A DNA stretch of 64,000 bases, taken from Elusimicrobiota bacterium (GTDB lineage: Bacteria; Elusimicrobiota; Elusimicrobia; JACQPE01). Positions 58,040 to 64,000 of the stretch are shown in pieces. The stretch is from the NCBI GenBank assembly GCA_042563375.1, contig JBHPMF010000005.1, forward strand, positions 3,568 through 67,567, in the 5' to 3' direction. How positions within the stretch are numbered: the stretch's first letter is position 1; every line of letters begins with the position of its first letter. Below the pieces are notes generated by a model. The model was not told the origin of the DNA and made no database searches. It saw only the letters and a list, made by a program, of their open reading frames with translations. Both the position numbers and the translations under genes were made by a program.

Positions 58040-58567
58040 TTATTTGCGGGTAGGGTCTTTTTTTTGCTTCTTTTTTCTTTTTTTCTTTTTTTCTTTTTTT
58101 TTAGGCTTCTTGGATCTCTTGAGATTTTTTTTGTCCGATATTCCGTGTTTTACAGCGTAGTATTCAAGGATATTTAATTCCCTTTCCACGAAGCTCACAT
58201 CAATCTTGAGCGGGGAAAACTTGTCTCGCAGGAATTCAAGATAGGCGATCCTTTCCAGTATCGGCACGAATTCCACCACCATTTTTCCATAACGGTGTTT
58301 CAATGACATCTCAAGCGCTAATTTGGGATTTTTATCGGACAGCTTGGACCATTCTTCTTTCGCTTTGCTTAAGTTCAGGCTGGATGACTCATACATGATG
58401 AGAAGACGCTCAAGAATATCCAGGCGTTCAGTGCTGTTAGCGCCGTCTTCAACACGTTCCGAATAATACTGCCAATTCGTTTCGAAATTCTTCTGCGTAT
58501 AGGCCGCTGACGCCAGGGGCAGGGCACACAGGGACACAAGCAGGATTGACAAGAATGCCGTGTTCAT
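58040..58567 (-). CDS. Exported helical protein with Lys-rich tail (probably the N-terminal part of the OMP-like protein)
   Basis: Start set at MNTAFLSILLVSLCALPLASA. Ends in KKPKKKEKKKKRKKKQKK, encoded by long A-runs. Confidence 0.6.
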   Translation of the reverse strand: MNTAFLSILLVSLCALPLASAAYTQKNFETNWQYYSERVEDGANSTERLDILERLLIMYESSSLNLSKAKEEWSKLSDKNPKLALEMSLKHRYGKMVVEFVPILERIAYLEFLRDKFSPLKIDVSFVERELNILEYYAVKHGISDKKNLKRSKKPKKKEKKKKRKKKQKKDPTRK

Positions 58568-58629
58568 ATGATGCGCGATGCGTACTGTTAGTCCCACAAT
58601 TAGAATTTAGCGAATTTTTTCTGCATTTT

Positions 58630-59196
58630 CTATATTAATTTAAAAAATTGTTTTCTTGTTTGAGGCGAATGTTTAAGTTTTCCGAGGAAACTGCTTGTCA
58701 CGAATTCCGAGCTCGATGATTTCGCGCCGCGCATCTCAAGGCACATATGCCTTGCTGTGAGCACTACAGCTGTTCCTGACGGCTTAAGGACGTTCTCGAT
58801 CGCCTTGGCTATCTCATGGGTCAGGCGTTCCTGGAGCTGCAGTCTCCTTGCGAACATCTGCACGATCCCGGGTATCTTGGATAATCCTATGATCTTTTTA
58901 TTCGGCAAATAAGCCACATGCGCTTTTCCCCAAAAAGGCAGCATATGATGTTCGCACAATGAATAAAAGGGTATGTCTTTGACCAGCACGATGTCATTTG
59001 AATCCTCGGAAGGGTATATAGCGTTTTTGGTTATCGCGCCCAGGTCCATGGCATAGCCGCTTGTGAGCTCTGAGAGCGCCTGGGCAATGCGCTTTGGAGT
59101 ACGCTTGAGCTCCGGACGATCAGGGTTTTCGCCCACCAGAATAAGCAGATCTCTGGCGATGTCGGTCAGTGATCTGGGACGTGCTTTTGTGTTCAT
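58630..59196 (-). CDS. folE: GTP cyclohydrolase I
   Basis: [15 protein letters not shown] and QERLT signatures. 188 aa. Confidence 0.9.
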   Translation of the reverse strand: MNTKARPRSLTDIARDLLILVGENPDRPELKRTPKRIAQALSELTSGYAMDLGAITKNAIYPSEDSNDIVLVKDIPFYSLCEHHMLPFWGKAHVAYLPNKKIIGLSKIPGIVQMFARRLQLQERLTHEIAKAIENVLKPSGTAVVLTARHMCLEMRGAKSSSSEFVTSSFLGKLKHSPQTRKQFFKLI

Positions 59197-60159
59197 TTAT
59201 AAATTATAGATTTCGCGGGGCAGGGCAAATGACACATTCTCATCGGCAAAAGACACTTCTTCTGTCGTGTATCCGGCTTTTGTGAAATAAGCGCTGACGC
59301 GCTCAACAATGTCTTCGGGAGCGCTGGCTCCTGCTGTGAGGCCTATGCGCTGCGCTTTGAGGAAATCCTCAGGAATAATATCAGTCTCGCTGTCAATGAG
59401 CTTTGCCTTTACGCCGATCGACTCTGAAACTTCGCGCAAACGGTTTGAATTCGAGCTGTTCTTTGAACCGATAACATAAAGCATTCCAATCCTTTTTGTG
59501 TTGACGAGCGAGCGCACGGCATTCTGGCGGTTTGTTGTGGCGTAGCAGATGTCTTCTCTTTTTGGCAGTATTATCTCAGGGAACCTTTCCTTTAATACGG
59601 CTATGATCTTTTGAGCGTCAATGATGGAAAGGGTGGTTTGAGTCAATACGCAGAATTGCGCTTTACTGAACTTATCAGGGGCCTGCCACTTTCTGGCGTC
59701 CGTTTCTGTTTCAATGATCGAGATATTTTCCGGGTTTTCGCCGTACACCCCGACTGCTTCCTCGTGTTTTTTATGTCCGATATAGAGGATGTGGTATCCT
59801 TTTTTTGCGAAATTCCGCACTTCAGTGTGCACTTTGGTCACAAGGGGGCAAGTGGCATCTATGATCTTCAGATTCTTGATTTCCGCTTGTTTGTACACGC
59901 CCGGAGCAGCTCCATGCGCTGAAAAAATAATGAGTGATTCTTCCGGAACAGCTTCTATATTGTCGGCGAATATAACCCCCATTTTCTTGAATGACTCAAC
60001 AACTGCCTTATTGTGAACGATCTCATGCCTTACATATATCTGATCCTTGCTTTTCTCCAGCGCCTTCTCAAGCACCCCTATGGCGCGTTTCACTCCCGCG
60101 CACCATCCCCTCGGCGACACCACATAAAGTATTTTTTGGGTACCTGGTTTATCGGACAT
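59197..60159 (-). CDS. ispH: 4-hydroxy-3-methylbut-2-enyl diphosphate reductase
   Basis: GWCAGV, HEIVHN, SAHG, DATCPLVTKVH and SSNSNRL motifs. The stop abuts the folE start. Confidence 0.9.
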   Translation of the reverse strand: MSDKPGTQKILYVVSPRGWCAGVKRAIGVLEKALEKSKDQIYVRHEIVHNKAVVESFKKMGVIFADNIEAVPEESLIIFSAHGAAPGVYKQAEIKNLKIIDATCPLVTKVHTEVRNFAKKGYHILYIGHKKHEEAVGVYGENPENISIIETETDARKWQAPDKFSKAQFCVLTQTTLSIIDAQKIIAVLKERFPEIILPKREDICYATTNRQNAVRSLVNTKRIGMLYVIGSKNSSNSNRLREVSESIGVKAKLIDSETDIIPEDFLKAQRIGLTAGASAPEDIVERVSAYFTKAGYTTEEVSFADENVSFALPREIYNL

Positions 60160-60283
60160 TGTAAAGGGAGTGTTGAAAGGAAAAGGGCTGAGGGATCAGG
60201 GATGAGGGCTGCAATAAGAAAATAGGCAAATAAAAAATACGATCTTTCTTTTTGTCTTTAGTTTTAGCCCTTAGCATTTAGCC

Positions 60284-61786
60284 CTATTGCAGAAGGTATT
60301 CCAACAGCGTCCGTGTGATAGCTCCGGTCCCGCCCACTGTCGGGCAGATCGGGGTTTCAGTATCTGTCCAGGCTGACCCGGCGATATCGAGGTGCGCCCA
60401 ATTTTTGGAGTCCACAAATTCCTCAAGAAAAAGTCCCGCGATCGTAGCGCTTGGAGAATTGGGACGCGTCGGCATATTGGAAATATCAGCCACAGGGCTT
60501 TTGATCCGTGATTTATAGTTTTTAGCCAGAGGCATATGCCAAATGTTTTCTCCGGCGAGCGCTGCTGCTTTCTTTATGTCTTGCAGGAGGCTTTCATTGT
60601 TTGAAAAAAGCCCCGTGATCTCATCGCCCAGGGCCACTACTATTCCGCCTGTGAGAGTCGCAACGTCGATCAAGGTATCAGGATTCTGCTTTGTAGCGAA
60701 ACTTAATGCGTCCGCGAGGATAAGCCTTCCTTCGGCATCAGTGTTGAGCACTTCGATCGTTTTTCCGTTGTATGCTTTCAGTACGTCTCCTACCTTGTAA
60801 GCGTTGCATCCGGGCATGTTTTCAGCCAAAGGCACAAAGCCCTGGACCTCAAACCCGATGTTGAGTTTGGGGCAGGCACGCAGGGTCGCCAGCACTGTTG
60901 CCGCTCCCGCCATATCTGATTTCATCTCACGCATTTGATTACTGGTCTTGATGCAAAGACCTCCTGAGTCAAAAGTGACTCCTTTACCCACCAATCCTAT
61001 CTTCTTGCGGGAATTACCATGACCGCCCTTGGGCTTATATGTGATATGTATGAAATAAGGGTCATGGCTCGAGCCCTGGCCGACGCCTAGGAGGGCATTC
61101 ATTTTCATCCTCTCCAGTTCTTTCCTGTTATAAACGCGTACTATGATCTGTTTGTTCGCCATAGTTTTGGCGATCTTGGCGATATCCGCAGGATGCTTGT
61201 TCATCGAAGGCTCGTTCACCAGATCTCTTGCGAACACGACCGCATCGGCGAGGGCTTCAGCCTTTTTTATTCCATTGGCGCAGTGTCCGGTATCCTCGGG
61301 CTTTTCAACTATGACAGAAGCTCTTTTTAAAATCTGCTCTTTTTTGGATTCTTCGTCCTTTGATTTGTGCTTGGTGAAGGCATATGAGGCCAGAAGCAGC
61401 CCCTCAGCGGCTGCTTGCGACAGTTGCGCATTGCTGATTTTTTCAGGCCATTTCGGCAGATCCACCCAAATGTGTTCCGATTGTTTTTTTGAGACTTTTA
61501 CGCAAGAACCCGCGGCATTTCTCAAAGTGGATGCCGCAGCTTCTTTCTTTTTACCCAATCCTGCCAGGATGATCCTTGCGCAAGGGTCTCCGGTCTCAGG
61601 TAAGTGAAGGAATGTTTCCCCTTCTTTACCTTTAAAGCCCTCTTTTTTAAGGGTCTCCTCAAGGCTTTTCTGTTTTTTTGAGTCCAGCCATCCTCCTGCG
61701 TCTATTTTTTCCCCTTCCCAAGCAAAAAGCACAAGAGTGTCTTTTTCGCCTTTAAAATTCGATCTGTCAATGCAATTTATCGTCAT
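60284..61786 (-). CDS. pepA: Leucyl aminopeptidase (M17)
   Basis: VGKGVTFDSGG and NTDAEGRLILAD signatures. Confidence 0.9.
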   Translation of the reverse strand: MTINCIDRSNFKGEKDTLVLFAWEGEKIDAGGWLDSKKQKSLEETLKKEGFKGKEGETFLHLPETGDPCARIILAGLGKKKEAAASTLRNAAGSCVKVSKKQSEHIWVDLPKWPEKISNAQLSQAAAEGLLLASYAFTKHKSKDEESKKEQILKRASVIVEKPEDTGHCANGIKKAEALADAVVFARDLVNEPSMNKHPADIAKIAKTMANKQIIVRVYNRKELERMKMNALLGVGQGSSHDPYFIHITYKPKGGHGNSRKKIGLVGKGVTFDSGGLCIKTSNQMREMKSDMAGAATVLATLRACPKLNIGFEVQGFVPLAENMPGCNAYKVGDVLKAYNGKTIEVLNTDAEGRLILADALSFATKQNPDTLIDVATLTGGIVVALGDEITGLFSNNESLLQDIKKAAALAGENIWHMPLAKNYKSRIKSPVADISNMPTRPNSPSATIAGLFLEEFVDSKNWAHLDIAGSAWTDTETPICPTVGGTGAITRTLLEYLLQ

Positions 61787-61800
61787 ATGATAACCTCTCT

Positions 61801-63090
61801 CTAATTTTCAGCAAGAATAGCATGTCTGGGGATCTCGTCTGAAAAACTTTTTTTGGACCCCGCTATAACCCGAAGGATAGTAAGCCACGCAGCAGCAGTC
61901 CCAGACCTGCTTTTTATGGTATATACCTTCCCATTATACAGAAGTTCAATAACAGAGATTCCCTTAAGGCTGGCTCTGGCTGCTTTGGCCGCGGGGATCC
62001 TTACCTCGTGCTTTTCCTTTGTGAAAACAAGGATGCCGTTTTCATTTATCCTGAGCCTTGTTTGCCTTAATCCTTTCTTGTCCTGGGCGCAATCATAGAG
62101 TACGTCTGTTTCATGGAAGAGTTCGCCGGCGCTTTTTTTGCAGATCGAATACAACATATCCTCAAACCATGCTGAAATATGGCGCGTCACGGAATCATCG
62201 CCTGTTGTCATGGTAAGGTGCGATCCCTGGATCTGCAGATTGAGCTTGCATATATCGCATTTTAATGAAGACGAATCCGTGTCAAAACCAAGCGTGTTTG
62301 CCCTGAGACATAGCGGGCATAAGAACAGGAAGTTCGAGATGTATCTGGCTCTGTCTCCATAAGTCAAAACTATGTTGGTGTCTTCGCCTTTGGCGGCTTC
62401 ATTGAGAGCATTGAGCACCGTATTCCTGGATCCATGAATGGTGATATTTTTTTTCAGGTCATACACATTCTGCCAGGGATGTTTTGCATTCTTGATATCC
62501 GGTCCTGCGGTATCCGGAGATCTAAGCCAGTGGCTCAATCCAATGGTAACAGATTTTGTCCGTAAGCGCGGTTTCGGGTCCCATCTCGGCCATGTGTTAT
62601 ACGCGCCCTTGATGGATATTACGGCCACGGGGATCTTTAACTTCATGATGAACCTGGAGGCGCTTGCGGATGGCATAAGAGGTTTTGCGTCGAATGTTCT
62701 TGCGCCTTCAGGAAAGATCACGCACGCTCTGCCTTGTTCCAGATTGCGCAGAAGGCGCCTCAGGGGTATCGGACCCGGCTTGGTTTTGTTCGCGGGTATC
62801 ACATCAAAAGTTCTCATTAGGAAACTCAGGGCCGGATGCAGGAAGAAGAAATACGAATCAGCGATAAACACAGGCAGTCTCGGAAGAACACTTAGAAGGA
62901 ACACCGGATCCAGGTAGCTTGCGTGCGGGGCGATTATAAGTAAAGGGCCCTTTGCCGGGATCCGTTCGATGCCGCTTGAATCAATGCCAAGGATAGTTCC
63001 CGCTGTTCTTGCCAGAAACCACAATATCCTGGCTGTGATGTTTGGTGATGATTCGCGGTGCGACGGGCTTTTCTTTATTTTTTTGCCCAT
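61801..63090 (-). CDS. Acyltransferase (PlsC/LPLAT family) with an extra C-terminal domain
   Basis: HxxxxD box (APHASYLDP) and FPEGART box in the N-terminal half. The C-terminal approx. 200 aa contains CPLC...CDIC cysteine pairs of unknown function. Confidence 0.7.
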   Translation of the reverse strand: MGKKIKKSPSHRESSPNITARILWFLARTAGTILGIDSSGIERIPAKGPLLIIAPHASYLDPVFLLSVLPRLPVFIADSYFFFLHPALSFLMRTFDVIPANKTKPGPIPLRRLLRNLEQGRACVIFPEGARTFDAKPLMPSASASRFIMKLKIPVAVISIKGAYNTWPRWDPKPRLRTKSVTIGLSHWLRSPDTAGPDIKNAKHPWQNVYDLKKNITIHGSRNTVLNALNEAAKGEDTNIVLTYGDRARYISNFLFLCPLCLRANTLGFDTDSSSLKCDICKLNLQIQGSHLTMTTGDDSVTRHISAWFEDMLYSICKKSAGELFHETDVLYDCAQDKKGLRQTRLRINENGILVFTKEKHEVRIPAAKAARASLKGISVIELLYNGKVYTIKSRSGTAAAWLTILRVIAGSKKSFSDEIPRHAILAEN

Positions 63091-63611
63091 TTAACAGTGC
63101 AGCCAACAGGCAATGTTTCCTGCACCGGCGGTTCTTTTTCTTCCAGGAGGGATTCCAGGGCAGACATAAGATAGGCATTCTTTACTTTTTGGGGATCATC
63201 CCAATTATCATCAATGGCGCCTGCGTAGCGCAGTTTTCGTTCTTTGTCCAGCATGAAAACATGCGGGGTCTTGACGGCTCCGTAAGCTTTTGCCGTGTCC
63301 TGCTCAGTGTCTCTTAGATATGGGAAGTTGTATTGCTTTTCTTTCGCTCTTGCGACCATATGATTAAAGCTGTCTTCCGCGTATACTTTCTCATCATTCG
63401 GATTGATAAGGACGAAGCTGACGCCGTCTTTCTTGTATTTTTTCTGCAGCTCGATTATTCTTGCTTCATAACTCACGACATACGGGCAGTGATTGCAGCT
63501 GAAGATTATGACCAGTATCTTGCTGTCAATGAAATTATCCAGGCTGTAGCTTGCGCCATCCACTCCCGGTAGTTTAAAGTTCGAAGCTGTATCTCCTATT
63601 TTGAGTCCCAT
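63075..63611 (-). CDS. Thioredoxin-fold thiol-disulfide oxidoreductase (AhpC/TSA-like)
   Basis: CNHCPYV CxxC motif in a thioredoxin-fold context. The stop overlaps the downstream start by 16 nt. Confidence 0.75.
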   Translation of the reverse strand: MGLKIGDTASNFKLPGVDGASYSLDNFIDSKILVIIFSCNHCPYVVSYEARIIELQKKYKKDGVSFVLINPNDEKVYAEDSFNHMVARAKEKQYNFPYLRDTEQDTAKAYGAVKTPHVFMLDKERKLRYAGAIDDNWDDPQKVKNAYLMSALESLLEEKEPPVQETLPVGCTVKWAKK

Positions 63612-63639
63612 CGCAACTATAAGTGTATAATTTTCAGTC

Positions 63640-64000
63640 TTATTTTTTGAAACTTTTTTCCAAGCTCAGAAGTCCGGCGCCAAGCACGCCGAGGTCTTTT
63701 CGCAGCAATACGTAGATCCGAACGCTGCTCACGGCCGGCGGAAAACTGCGAAGCTTGATCTGGGATTTAAGCTCCGGAAGGAATAAATCCCTGGCTTTGG
63801 CTATGCCGCCTGTAAGCACTATCCATTGCGGATTTATCAGATTCACCGCGTTGGCGATCGCGCGTCCAAGGTAATGGCCGTAGCTTTTCCATAGTTTGAT
63901 CGCCATCTTGTCCCCTCTTCTGGCCATTTCTGCGATCTTGCGCGGCGTTAGATCCATGATTCTCTTTTTGCTTTTTTCCTGCGCGCGCTTGACGAGGTTG
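63640..64000 (-). CDS. ROK-family sugar kinase/regulator, C-terminal fragment (5' end outside window)
   Basis: GD..A...W..YG.YLG.AIAN..NL.NP..IVLTGGIA pattern. The frame stays open to the window end. Confidence 0.7.
   Translation of the reverse strand, partial: NLVKRAQEKSKKRIMDLTPRKIAEMARRGDKMAIKLWKSYGHYLGRAIANAVNLINPQWIVLTGGIAKARDLFLPELKSQIKLRSFPPAVSSVRIYVLLRKDLGVLGAGLLSLEKSFKK

Overview
Bacterial 64-kb window using the standard genetic code: flanking housekeeping genes use TAA, TAG and TGA as stops. It is probably from an uncultivated lineage. The giant-gene and REP-rich style is reminiscent of Omnitrophota-type MAGs, but that is inference only. Two thirds of the window (5867-48837, + strand) is a co-directional pair of giant ORFs of 7,496 aa and 6,797 aa, separated by 86 nt. 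They encode a mosaic of recognisable modules: an SF2 helicase-like ATPase, PD40-like, WD40-like and NHL beta-propeller repeats, two paralogous HExxH peptidase-like modules, tandem amidoligase-like domains, roughly 50-60 HEAT repeats, an unrecognised 33-aa repeat, and a complete ClpA-type double AAA+ unfoldase. The modules are joined by 13 copies of a conserved signal-peptide-like transmembrane element (consensus LAATAG[IL]LAYFGLPG[TA][GS]EAA), each followed by a second hydrophobic helix. The linkers between modules are built from the same small palindromic REP-like repeats that fill the true intergenic DNA of this window. The ORF1/ORF2 junction has a dnaX-type A_AAA_AAG slippery heptamer inside an A9 tract. 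The -1 frame runs stop-free into ORF2 and encodes the 9th copy of the conserved element with no start codon. The pair is therefore probably one product of about 14,300 aa, arising either by recoding or from a homopolymer indel or length error. Upstream on the - strand are a DEAD-box helicase fragment (+), an exported HExxH peptidase, an exported rhodanese, a MepA-like murein endopeptidase and two tandem HTH paralogues. Downstream are two exported ankyrin-repeat proteins and four small exported proteins, three of which share an identical RBS and signal-peptide 5' cassette. These are followed by a repeat-rich MITE-like spacer and housekeeping genes: S9 peptidase, yajQ, an OMP-like gene apparently split at a poly-A tract, folE, ispH, pepA, an acyltransferase, a thioredoxin-like protein and a ROK kinase fragment. 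I saw no rRNA, tRNA, CRISPR array, transposase or integrase.
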